Source: Podarcis bocagei (Eukaryota). Taken from it: a DNA stretch of 64,000 nt. Position numbers and translations under genes: made by a program. How positions within the stretch are numbered: the first letter of the stretch is position 1; each line of letters opens with the position of its first letter. Location: assembly GCA_964188305.1 (NCBI GenBank), contig OZ076898.1; one strand, written 5' to 3'. Positions 37,401 through 48,545 of the stretch are shown one piece after another. The notes under the pieces were generated by a model. It ran no database searches. It had not been told where the DNA came from and saw only the letters and a program-made list of their open reading frames with translations.

Positions 37401-39496
37401 CACATGCCATTGTAACTGGGTCCAGAGTACAATTAAACCCAATAGGCCTGATATTTATTCCAAAGGAAACATGTTGACTCTTATACTGTAGGATCATGAA
37501 GTGATGCTTTTTCTCACCAAGTTTATTATTTTTAAAAAAGTGGTTCCAGTTGTGAGCTTTTATAGCGTATCGGCTCAAAGTTTGAATTAAGAATTGGGAA
37601 ATTCACTGTTCAAATGTCACCTCTGCCATCAAGTAACTAGGTATCCTTGAGCAAATAAGTATATTTATATATCATCTTTCCTCCAAGGACCTCAAAGTGA
37701 CATACATACCCTTTTCCTTTATCCTTACAACAAGCCTAAGAAGCGAGGTAGTGACTGGCCCCAGGTTATCTTGACCTAGTGAGCAACTATTATCTCAGCC
37801 TCCCGCTAAGCACCTCCTATACAAAAATACTAAAACTGACCTGCGTTGCACTGTCTAAATCCCCAGTATTATTCTTACAAATGGGACTTTCGGCAAAAGG
37901 TTGGCAGTGTGGAGCATTCCTGTTCAGGATTCAATCAAGCTCACTATCCTCCCCACCCCCCCAGGATACTCCATTCCATCTCCCTCTTCCCCAGCAATCC
38001 ATCAACATTTTGTGCCCACTGAAAGTCTCAGTCCTCATTGGGCTGTGTTTAGGGTTTTACTTTTTATATTTTTTTATATTCAAATATAAATAACCATAAT
38101 GATTTTTTAAAATCAGTATATTACAATCACTATGGTGGTTTTTTTCAAGTTTTCACCGTTTTATGATTTCTTAAAAAATTTCTGCAAACTTTGTGGTTCC
38201 CTTAAGCCTGCTGCGAACCCCCCCCCCTTTTTGTGTGTGTGTGTGTATGGATTGTGCTGTTTTGCCTACCTCAGTATCAGCACTTGGGAGAATGAGTTTG
38301 CTGGCCTGGCTTGTAGTCTGTAAGTGTAAAGACTGCAGCCTGTAACAGTAAGCCCTGGGACTGAAGAGTAGCAGGGAGGCACATTCTGGATCCAGCCATT
38401 GGCCAGGGGGTCTAGCTCCTTGGTGACGCTGCACCCTCTGCTTCCCAGGAATAAACATAAAGGCAAGGGAGAGGCTAACCTTGTCCTATCTATTGGCCAA
38501 AGAAGCAGCAGCGGTAGAAAACTCACCCAGAAGAAACACAAGCACCCACTGAAGAAGTAAGGTGGAAATAGCACTCTGCTTTCATCCATTAGCAACAGGA
38601 AAAAGAGCCACCAGCATGAGACAATCAGCCTAGCTTACCAATTTGTTTTGACCTTAAAGAGTTGCAGTCCTTCCAAGCTGGTTGGATTATTATTATTTTT
38701 TAAATGAGGCATGCATTCTGCAACATGGCATTGATACAGTAATAGTGCATTGTGGTAGATTTAGACTGGACAGTCCGCACATCCTTCTGTTTTGTTAGTT
38801 GGTCTGGGGTGCTTTCCCAGTGTTGCTGTATTACTGCCGAGTAGAAGGGGACTATAGAGCACCAAAAGTGGGTCAAAAAATAAACCAGGAAATTTGTGGT
38901 ATACAAAAATCACAGGGTGTCACCAAGGCGTTACAGGGCATGCACTGCTTTGAAACAAAGCAGTGTGTCAGCTCCAAAAAGGTTTGTCTGTACAAACAGT
39001 ACTGAAAGTGGGACCATGAATAACTTGCCCTGATACCATCATGAGCATGAATAATAATGCACCATGAAAACTGGCCTTTGGCACCTGAGATGTCTGTTTT
39101 TAGGGCCTGCCCGATTCCTGTGATTGTAATCGGTTTGTACTGTTTGCTATTTTATATTGTTGTAACCTGCCCTGGAACCTGCTGGTGAAGGGTGGGTAAT
39201 AAATTTGCTGGTGATAAAAAGGATATCTGGAGGGGCCTTGATGGCTTCTCTGCCTTTTCCCTCCAGATCCCTTTCCTTGTCCATGTGGTCTTTTTTTGTT
39301 TGCATGCCTGATGGCAGGGTCTGTAGCTCTCTCTTTTTAACTGATGTGAGCTGTTTCCGGAGATGATAATTGTCTGAAAAGCTGGATAAAAACACAGTAC
39401 ATCCATAAATAACACTGATAGAATGTAAGACTGCTACCTCAAATACTGGGTAGCATTTGCAAAGTAAGAATCACAAATCGAACAATGTTTCTAGCA

Positions 39497-39959
39497 CAGT
39501 GTTTCCCAACCTTTTTTGGGCAAAGGCACACTTGTTTGATGAAAAAATTCTCGAGGCACACCACCATTACAGCCCCGTGACGTCAGCGCGCAGCGTCACG
39601 CCGGGAGGGACGCACGAAAGTGTAAGTTTCAATTTTTTCCCCTCCCCCTTGCCGGGGAACCTCCAAGCTTTGGGGGTGGGGGGGAGGAGGCAGCAAAGCG
39701 AGGCAGGAAGGAGAGCGCGGCTTGGCTGGGTGAGCTTTGGCAGGGGCAGGGAATGAGACCCGCGAGGCGGGCGCTGCAGACGGAGGCGCTGCCTGCCGAG
39801 CTCGCAGGCAGCCAGGCAGGCAGACGGCGAGAGCTCCGCGCTGGGCGGCCTCTCCTCGCCGCCGCCGCCCCGCCTCTCGCCGCCCGACTCGCCCGCCTCC
39901 CTCCAGGCAACATCTCGCGGCACACTAGTGTGCCGCGGAACAGTGGTTGGGAAACACTG
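39497..39959. mobile_element. CpG-rich non-autonomous hAT (Charlie-like) element, 463 bp
   Basis: Perfect 15-bp TIR CAGTGTTTCCCAACC and perfect 8-bp TSD TTCTAGCA (39489-39496 / 39960-39967). Confidence 0.93.
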
Positions 39960-40102
39960 TTCTAGCACACCATAAAAGCAAACAGTGTCTGAACCTCCTA
40001 AAGCAGGAGTTCCCAAACTGTGGTCCATGGAACCCCAGTGGTAATGAACTTCATGCAGGTGATCCGTGGCACATCTGTGGATTTATGATTGAATACAGGA
40101 TA

Positions 40103-40435
40103 GGTAAAGGTAAAGGGACCCCTGACCATTAGGTCCAGTCGTGGCCGACTCTGGGGTTGTGGTGCTCATCTCGCGTACAGCTTCCGGGTCATGTGGCCAG
40201 CATGACTAAGCCGCTTCTGGCAAACCAGAGCAGCGCACGGAAACGCTGTTTACCTTCCCGCTGGAGTGGTACCTATTTATCTACCTGCACTTTGACGTGC
40301 TTTCGAAATGCTAGGTTGGCAGGAGCTGGGACAAAGCAACGGGAGCTCACCCCATCACAGGGATTTGAACCGCCGACCTTCTGATCGGCAAGTCCTAGGG
40401 CTCTGTGGTTTAACCCACAGCACCACCCACGTCCC
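40103..40435 (-). mobile_element. Sauria/Squam1-type tRNA-derived SINE
   Basis: Minus-strand head GGGACGTGGGTGGTGCTGTGGGTTAAACC...GGTTCAAATCCC (A/B boxes), tail (CCTTTA)n, 13-bp TSD TGAATACAGGATA (40090-40102 / 40436-40448). Confidence 0.9.
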
Positions 40436-40494
40436 TGAATACAGGATATACATCACATTAACCTCCAAACCATCCTAAATATCTTCCAGATATG

Positions 40495-40943
40495 CTCTGG
40501 TATCTTCCAGAATGGATTGCTGCAATGGGCTCTATGCGGGGCTGCCCTTGATGACAATTCAGGAACTTCGACTGGTCCAAATTGCAGCAGTCAGATTACT
40601 GGCAAGGGTTCTGTTTGGATCTCACATACCCCCTGTTTTAAAACAGCTTTGCTGGTTGCCATTTTGTTTCTGGGCCCAACTCACAAGTGCTCATCAGGAG
40701 TGCCAACTTGGCCCCGTGACCATGGGTGCCAGGGGCCGTGGGTGCTATGCAGTGTGCAAGGCCCTGGCACCAAAATTTGTGGGTGCCCAGCCCCTTCATG
40801 TGGAATTTTGGGGGTGCTTGGGCACCCAGGGAGTTGGCACCTATGGTGCTCATATTAGAGATGTGCCTGTCGCCTTCATTATAATAGCCTATGGAGAATG
40901 CTGAAGACGTACCTCTTTACCCTGACTTTTGACACTTGAGCTG
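40495..40943 (+). mobile_element. Degenerate L2-clade LINE 3' fragment, interrupted by a MITE
   Basis: Translation DCCNGLYAGLPLMTIQELRLVQIAAVRLL...LKQLCWLP resembles the L2/CR1-group ORF2 C-terminus (DYCNxLYxGLP...LQLVQNAAARLL...LHWLP). Confidence 0.75.
40695..40845. mobile_element. hAT-type MITE nested in the L2 fragment
   Basis: Imperfect TIR CAGGAGTGCCAACT / AGTTGGCACCTATG, with perfect 8-bp TSD GTGCTCAT (40687-40694 / 40846-40853). Confidence 0.8.
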
Positions 40944-40945
40944 TA

Positions 40946-41187
40946 CAGTGGTACCTCGGGTTACATACGCTTCAGGTTACATATGCTTCAGGTTACAGAC
41001 TCCGCTAACCCAGAAATATTACCTCGGGTTAAGAACTTTGCTTCAGGATGAGAACAGAAATCGTGCTCTGGCGGCGCAGCAGCAGGAGGAGGCCCCATTA
41101 GCTAAAGTGGTGCTTCAGGTTAAGAACAGTTTCAGGTTAAGAACGGACCTCCAGAACAAATTAAGTACATAACCAGAGGTACCACAG
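40946..41187. mobile_element. Tc1/mariner (pogo/Tigger-like) MITE
   Basis: TA|CAGTGGTACCTCGGGTTA ... TAACCAGAGGTACCACAG|TA. TA TSD and internal CTTCAGGTTA repeats. Confidence 0.88.
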
Positions 41188-41206
41188 TATATTTATTTAT
41201 CAAGAG

Positions 41207-41344
41207 CAGTGCTATTTTTCTAGAAAAAGAGGTGCTGGAACTCACCACGAACGCCTCCCTTGTTCTCTTACAATGGCAATGGCGCCCACCTGAGAGGTGC
41301 CGGAACTGAGTTTTGGTGAATTCCAGCTAAAAGAAGAAGCTCCT
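41207..41344. mobile_element. hAT-type MITE (same family as 60782-60917, opposite orientation)
   Basis: CAGTGCTATTTTTCTAGAAAAAGAG terminus and near-perfect 8-bp TSD atcaagag/atcgagag. Confidence 0.75.
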
Positions 41345-42881
41345 ATCGAGAGAATAACATTCAGAGGCCTACGTAAAATTTTGGCTGAATGTCAACTGTG
41401 TGTTGGAATATTACGAATGCAAGATAAAAACTGGGGAAGATGGCATGGCCAAAATTATTCCCTGGTTGTGGGCACAGCAAACAAGCATTTGTGAGGGTCA
41501 TGTAGAGGAGCCCTCTGTTAGTATAGCCCTATGCTCTCTTGCTTCAGGGATTTAAAGTCTGTATTGAAGGGGGGGGGGGGAACCTGCCCAACTGAATTCT
41601 AACAAGGCTAGTCAACTAAATTTCCCCCCTCCCCTCCGTCCTGTAAATTAATACCTTGAGCTTCTTCGTCTCTCAACCAGTCAGAGCTTTTAGGCAACTG
41701 GACACTTTGTCCACCATTTCTCCTCCTCCAGCATAGCAACTGGTCACATCCCAGACTTCACGTTTAAACTAATAAACACAGGCCCCAGACATTTCGCAAA
41801 GGCATATGTATTTCCCAATTTTAATTCTTTGCCGCCATCTTGTGATCACGTTCTGCAGTAGCAACCCTCCACTCTCCCCCCCCCCCACTTGAATTTCCTA
41901 TTTATTTCCCCAAGCATAATTCCTAGTGATGTAAACCAGGCCTGTGAAGGGAGGGCATTTATTGTGTGGGTGTCAGATTGTGGTCACTGGCTCCAGGCTT
42001 CCAGAACAAGATATATGTTCTTTCATGTAGCTTCTGAAGTATAATCTCTTCATTACCGTCTGTTTGCTTGTCTGTTTATTCACAGCATTTGTATCCTGAC
42101 TTCTTGTAAAAAATGACGAAGGCGGGATTTTGCGTTACAGTGACAGGCAGAAATTAAAACAATTTATCCCGAAAGGTCCAAGTCAAACTAAAACTGAGGC
42201 TCTGGAAGAATTATAAAACATTTCAGAGCAGTGGCAACAAATCCCATTAAAAAAAAAAAAACTTCTGAAAGAAAGAGGTTTTAACTGCCTTTTTGGAATG
42301 CGAGCAACAGGTAAATTTCTCTAGTGCCTCTGAGGAAAAAAGGCCTTGCCTCTTGTGCCTCAGATTGCAGGAAGGCCTCAGGCCCCATCTTTGCAATATA
42401 TTTAAAGCAGAAATACGCCGCTTTAAACAGGCATGACTTTCCTCAAAGAATCCTGGGAACTGTAGTTTGCTAAGGGTGCTGAGAGTTTTTAGGACTGTTC
42501 TCCTCGAGTGTCAATTCCTAAAGTTTCCTGGCAAGAGGGATTGATTATTCAGCTACTCTGGGAATTGTGTAGGTGGGTTCAGGCACGACCAAAGACCATA
42601 ACAGTAGCTGCTACTAGGACCTTGTTAGGCAGGTTATCACACGTTTCTTTAATTGTATTTTAAGGCTAGTTCCTCATTAAAGTTGAGGAGTCACCTGTTA
42701 AGCTGTGTTAACTCATGAGTAGGTAATTTCACTCCCATAGAAGGCCTCAGTTTGGGGTTTTTGGAGTACCGTTTATGCATTCACTTACGCTGAGGAAAGA
42801 AAATGTGCCACAGCTTTAGATTTCATCTTTGAAGGTAAGCATGTGAGGTGTTGTTGTTTTTTGCTGTAATGTAATTTCATA

Positions 42882-43192
42882 CAGTGATGGGGGAAAAGAA
42901 AGTGCACCATCCTAGAATTATGTGGTTTTACATATGAAGACATGACAACAACCCTCTGTTCTGTAGCAGGTGTTAAAATTAGGTAAATACAATCTCAGGT
43001 GAACAATGATGCATGGCATATTACACTGTGTTGTGATTTATTTAACAGAAATAAAGCCAAAATGGAAATGCCATGTGTGAAAAATTAAATACTAATTAGT
43101 TATGCCTTTTAAGGAACAAATGATTGCTATTATGTCCTGATATGTAAAACCACAGAATTCAAATAGAGTGCACTTTCTTTTTCCCACGACTG
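42882..43192. mobile_element. Tc1-derived MITE
   Basis: TA|CAGTGATGGGGGAAAAGAAAGTGCAC ... GTGCACTTTCTTTTTCCCACGACTG|TA. The imperfect inverted repeat extends to about 65 bp. Confidence 0.8.
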
Positions 43193-45922
43193 TATACAGT
43201 ATTCTAATTTAGTATATTGCATTAATTCAAAATTACTACTTTGGTGTTTGTATTCAGATGCATGGTAGCACCTAACAGAAATCAACAGGCATCTTTAACT
43301 ACAGTATATTATGTGTGGTGGTCTTGCATTATATATTCTACTTCATATAGTGGGTGAAGCTGTTTTCAAAGTTTATAGTATATTGGTGCTCTCCTGAATG
43401 AAGAGAAAATCTGCAAGAAAACTGAGACACCAAGGGGTCTTCAGTTGCTATTCATATGCATTTTCAGTTGATTGAAAAAAAGTATGAAATGCGTTTTAGT
43501 CCTGGAAAACTTGTCCTATAATTATCGGAGGATTTGCTGTTTACTTGTATTGTATTGTTTGAATGATTTCAGTTTCTCATCATTGGTGAATCTTATTGGT
43601 TAGCCTATCATATTTGCCTGTTTCTACTATTTGCTGATATATTTATTAATTGGTTCCTGTGACTTTATCTCTTTGTTGTTCATTTACATTTGGCTGCCCC
43701 ACACTGGGCCCAGATTACTAATTTTTTATTTTAATTTCAAAAGCTGCTTATCCTCACAAGGTCTGCTATGAGAAAGATACACATTTATTTCCCTCAAACA
43801 AAAAAATAATAATTCTGGTCCTTGTAGTTTACCTCTTACAGTTACAATTCCCAGCAACCCTTAGCAAACTACAGTGCCCAGAATTATTTGAGGGGTGTGT
43901 GTGCTGTACTCAAATGTGCTTTAAAGGTATAGAGCGTCACAGCCTTGCAATATCTCTTTAAGGAGGCTAGAGTGGTTATTTCCTCTGTGTTATAGATGTT
44001 AGGTCTGGGAGGTAGCAGCAGCCTAGTTGGGATGAGATTTGAACTAGAGACTTGCAGCTCCTAGTTTTAATACTTGAATTAAGGGAGGTGGAGATTGCAG
44101 GAGGCTTCATGATTTGGCTAAGATTGGAGAGATTGAGGCTTGTGAATTCCATTTCTAGTAAGCCTCTCCGTAACCATTTATTTTCCTTAACATTATGTGA
44201 GCACTGTTCTTTTTGAAAAAGCATTTTTAACACAAAATATTTTATTAAAGATAATATATAATAATTATGATAATCACATCATATATACAAGTAGTAATGA
44301 ATAAAGAAATAAAACACTGCAAGACCAAATATTATCGAGCAAGAATTCAAGCCCTCTACTTTTCTAGGAACAATTTCTGCCAATTAAAGCAACAATAGTG
44401 GCACGATTGTTAGGTGTAAGAAGAAGTGAAGACCATGCTTCCCCAATGCATTAGCCAATGAAGGGGAGGGGGCAGGATTTCCTAGCCCCCCCCTTGCTTT
44501 TTTCTTTCATTTGACTTTTCTTGCATAAACTGAGCCCTAGAAAGCAAGGGTTACTGAATACGGCCAGAAGCAGCACCTATGCAGGCTGTTAGCTGAAGCA
44601 ATATTGTTGTAATTCCTGGATCCAGCAAGACTTAAGATCTAATGGAGGATTCAGTTGTTGGAATAGCCAGGCCAGCCTCTTGGTAAGCTAATGGCCCTCT
44701 AAGTATTAGTTGTTAGGGTAGCAAAGGAACACATGGGCATCTCTTGCCAGCGGATTCATTTCTGCTGCCATTCAGGCAAAATGGAGTGGTGGGGAGTGGG
44801 AGGGAGCGGAAGAGGAACATTCAACTGGTCTTCTGCTTGCTGGAGACCAGGTACACACTGGCAATGGTAGTTGGTGCATCTGGGTGAATGGGGCACTGCT
44901 CCACCATCATCAGCCAGCACCCACCTGCCTGCCTTCTTACTAATATCCAGTGCAGGGGGGGGGGGCATTGGTTGTGCCAGCTTCCTCTCGTTTATCTTGT
45001 AAAACTCAGCAGGGAAGAGGATGGAAGCAAAGCTAGAATTAGTTGGCTCTGCCTGTCATTTGCTCTGGTGCCACCTGCTGCTGGGCTCCCTCCCTTCCAC
45101 CCTATCAGCCCTAACAGGTGCCAGCCACTACTGGAACACACAGACTTACCTGCTGTGGTGGTAAATATTGTTCCTCCTGTGCTCACAATAAAATAAAAAT
45201 AAAAATTGTGGGAATACCAATGGTCATACTTTGGCTTCTTGCTCTGAATCTTCTTCCACATCTGGTGCAACCCTGAATATGTTTTGTTTCGGTATGCATG
45301 CATGTAAGCATTATAGCCCATGAAAGGCCTACTACCTGCTCCTCAGATAATCTATTTTTTCACCTCCCCACCCCATGGTGTGTCCTGCTGGTGCTTTTTC
45401 AAAATTTAAAGTTGGTATCCTGTGCACACTTGGGACTAAGCCAATAACCGATTTCGTTCTGTGAACTGCCCTGAGACATTCGGCTGTAGGTCGGTATATA
45501 AATTCAATAAATAAATAAAAAAACAAGCTACATTATCCAAGTGAAATTTATTTTCAGGTTGACATGCATAAAAGTGGACTACAAGACATGTAAAATCTGC
45601 TCATGTGACCCCTTTATACGCTACTATGAAATTGCACGTATGTGCGTGCTCAAGTGCATGATATAAAATCAGAGAAAAGAAAGGTGCTTGATAAAATACT
45701 TCTGCAAGGAATTGTAAAAATTGATAAATGTTTTGCGAAACTGAGAGGGTGGAGGGAAAGTTGAAAATAGGTATCAGTATCTGCAGCAGATAAGTAATAA
45801 TGAGTTAAACTGCCACTGACTGTGGAGGTTGGAAGTTGTTCTTTTGTCCACTAAACTAGACACTCATTTAAAATATATTCACTCACCCACATGTGCTTAT
45901 TCTGCATTTTCATAGAGGAGCA

Positions 45923-46012
45923 AGGCTGCAATCCTAACCCCACTTACCTAGAAACAGGTCCCATTGACCTCAATGAGACTTACTTCCAAGTAGCATGGTT
46001 AGGATTGCAGCC
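45923..46012. mobile_element. Palindromic MITE (GGCTGCAATCCTA termini). Degraded relatives at about 17067-17141, 35287-35380 and 46369-46533
   Basis: GGCTGCAATCCTAACC ... GGTTAGGATTGCAGCC, a perfect 16-bp inverted repeat. Confidence 0.7.
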
Positions 46013-47429
46013 ATGGTGTAGTGAATCAAGTGTTAGGCTTTGAGCGGAAAAGTCCTAGGTTCAAATCCCTGTTCAGCCACAAAGCTCACAGGATTGACCT
46101 AGGGCTAGTTACCTTCTGTCATCTTAAAACCTACATCACGTGATTGTTGTGGTTGTAGAAGAACCCCACATATGCTGACTTGAGGTCCTTGGATTAAGTC
46201 TGGGGTACAAATATGACAGAAAAGTAAACATTTGCACATTCCTCTCTTTTTTGCAATATTTCATGAGCACGATCCAGTTAAAGCTAAGCATTTTGATGTC
46301 TCATTCATTCCTATAGGCAAGGCTTAATTATGTGCCTAATCCTCCCATTGAAATGAATGGGAATAACAGCACAATCCTATGCATGTTTTCTCAGATGTTA
46401 ACCCTCACTGTATTCAGTGGGACTTGCTAACCTAGTTCATCTGCTTACAGAGAAATCCTAACGGTTTCTGCTCAGAAGTACCAATTAATTCAATGGGACT
46501 TACTTGAAGGTAAGTGCACCAAAGACTGCAGCCCTAAAGTGCTTAACTTTGGCTAAAACAGTGTGTGTACACATATTACAGTGAAGGTTGCCAAATATTG
46601 GCATTCACATACGGATGCTCTCAGTCTCTAATTAATGTGGTAAATCTCTTTCTCCCCCTCCCCGCACATGCACGCACGAACACACACAAGTGTATACTGA
46701 TAAACACATTTAAGACGCTGTTGCCATTTATTTGTCTATCTCTGAGTTTTAAGACACTGACAAAAATGTGGCTAAGCTTTCATTAAATTCTGGACACTTA
46801 CTCCTTTTCCCTGTAACATAGAATTAGCTTTATAAGAAATTAGAATCAGTGTGGCTGGCATTGTAACATACCCTGATGATAAACTCTTCTTTCCTGCAGT
46901 TTGTCAGCCTGGGATCAGATGAGGAAGGAGGGAAGTGTGGTGGTTCATGGAGCCGATGGTACCCTGTCAAGACAGATGGCAAACATTAAAGGGCAAAAAA
47001 AGAGGCAAACTTATTTGCTGCGGCCAGTGCGTTCTCCGGCGAATCCTTCTTGGCAGGCATCATTGGAGCTCAGCCCTGGCTGTTTTTCCTTCATTGCACC
47101 AGCAACTACTGGGGGTACAGCTGTCAAATCTTCCCCAGATGCTCTGCTATGACACAAAGGCCTGGTCATGTTCAGCCCTTTGTCCTGTGAGTTTTGTCTG
47201 TTGTCCTCTTGGCTTCATCTCTGAGGAGCTCCCAGACTAAAAGACATGGGTAGGGGACGCAGCCTGAGAAGGGAAGAGAGGAGATGGATGCTGGAATCCA
47301 GCAGCCCGGAAAATCATCAGCAGGGAGTGGGGGCGGTGGTGGTATTAGTCCTCCCGCTCCTTCAAGAACCTTGCTCTGTTCTGCAGTGTGTTGGCTCCAG
47401 AGGCAGGCAGCAGCATCTTTCCACATAAA

Positions 47430-47569
47430 ACATTAGCTGATGGGTTGCAAGCAGCTCGGACTTATTTAGCGGATGGGTTGCAAGCAGCTTGGACTGCTCC
47501 CCTTTAAATGCGCACACACCACACACACACGCACACTCTCTCACACACTGGTAATCTCATCACTAGCTC

Positions 47570-47606
<37 letters not shown>

Positions 47607-47981
47607 AAGGGAAGGGGGAGGGCTTTGCTTCCATTGGCTGCTCCTTGCCTTCCCACCCACATCTCTTCCACATCACCTTGGTGTCTCCCTAAATAAAACC
47701 AGCCCTCCTTATCGCAGCGAGGAAATCAAGCGGTAGAGTTGCAATGGATTTTAAATAAACATTTTACCCCCCCCTCCCCACACACACTGTCCCTGCCAGG
47801 CTGCTGGGGAGAGCACGCAGCAAGCACCTTCCCCACTGCCACCCAAACACTCACATGCAGCTGCCCTGCTTGCTGGCTGCTTCTGTTGCCTCTTTCACCC
47901 CATGAGGGAAAGCTGGAGCGCACGAGAAACTGGCTGCAGTCAGAGGAGGGAAGTGGCACCTTCATGACCAATCCTTTCTCC
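47430..47981 (+). promoter_or_regulatory. Putative ASIC2a proximal promoter / 5' UTR
   Basis: Directly upstream of the first coding exon. Contains a duplicated 30-bp element, TTTAAAT at 47503, (CA)n/(GT)n(GA)n tracts and TAAATAAA at about 47690 and 47752. The TSS cannot be determined from sequence. Confidence 0.45.
47512..47606. repeat. Compound (CA)n / (GT)n(GA)n microsatellite in the ASIC2a upstream region
   Basis: Directly visible. Confidence 0.9.
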
Positions 47982-48545
47982 ATGGATTTAAAGGAGAGCA
48001 CCAGCGAGGGAAGCCTGGGGAGCCTCCAGCCCTCCAGCCTCCAGATCTTTGCCAACACCTCAACCCTCCATGGAATCCGCCACATCTTTGTCTATGGACC
48101 TATGACTGTGCGGCGGGCCCTGTGGGCTCTGGTGTTTGTGGCTTCCCTGGGCCTCCTCCTGGTGGAGAGCTCCGAGCGGCTGGTCTACTACTTCTCCTAC
48201 CAGCATGTCACCAGAGTGGATGAGGTCGTTGCCCACAGCCTGGTCTTCCCAGCTGTTACCATCTGCAACCTCAACGGGTTCCGCTTCTCCCGCCTCACTA
48301 CCAATGACCTGTACCATGCTGGCGACCTATTGGCCTTGTTGGATGTCAACCTCCAGGTCCTTCACCCTCATCTCGCTGACCCAGCAGTCCTGGCCATCCT
48401 GCGAGAGAAGGCCAACTTCCAGCATCACCGAGCCAAAGTCTTCAGCATGAGTGAGTTCATGGGACGTGTGGGCCATGACATGAAGGAGATGTTGTTATAC
48501 TGCAAGTTCCGGGGGCAGGAGTGTGGCGAGAAGAACTTCACAACT
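47982..48545 (+). CDS. ASIC2: Acid-sensing ion channel 2, isoform 2a-specific first coding exon (3'-partial gene)
   Basis: MDLKESTSEGSLGSLQPSSLQIFANTSTLHGIRHIFVYGP...ESSER...YQHVTRVDEV...FPAVTICNLNGFRFSRLTTNDLYHAG...CKFRGQECGEKNFTT|gtgagt. 188 codons with the HG gating motif, TM1 and the ENaC/DEG FPAVTxCN signature. The N-terminus matches ASIC2a (MDLKES..EGSLQPSS) rather than ASIC1 or ASIC2b. Confidence 0.95.

Noticed and set aside
39567-40028. Several overlapping Ala/Arg/Gly/Pro-rich ORFs and an apparent CpG-island gene promoter (for example a NAGLU first exon)
   Set aside because: The GC-rich block lies within perfect hAT TIRs and an 8-bp TSD. The ORFs result from stop-codon scarcity and show no signal peptide or NAGLU similarity.
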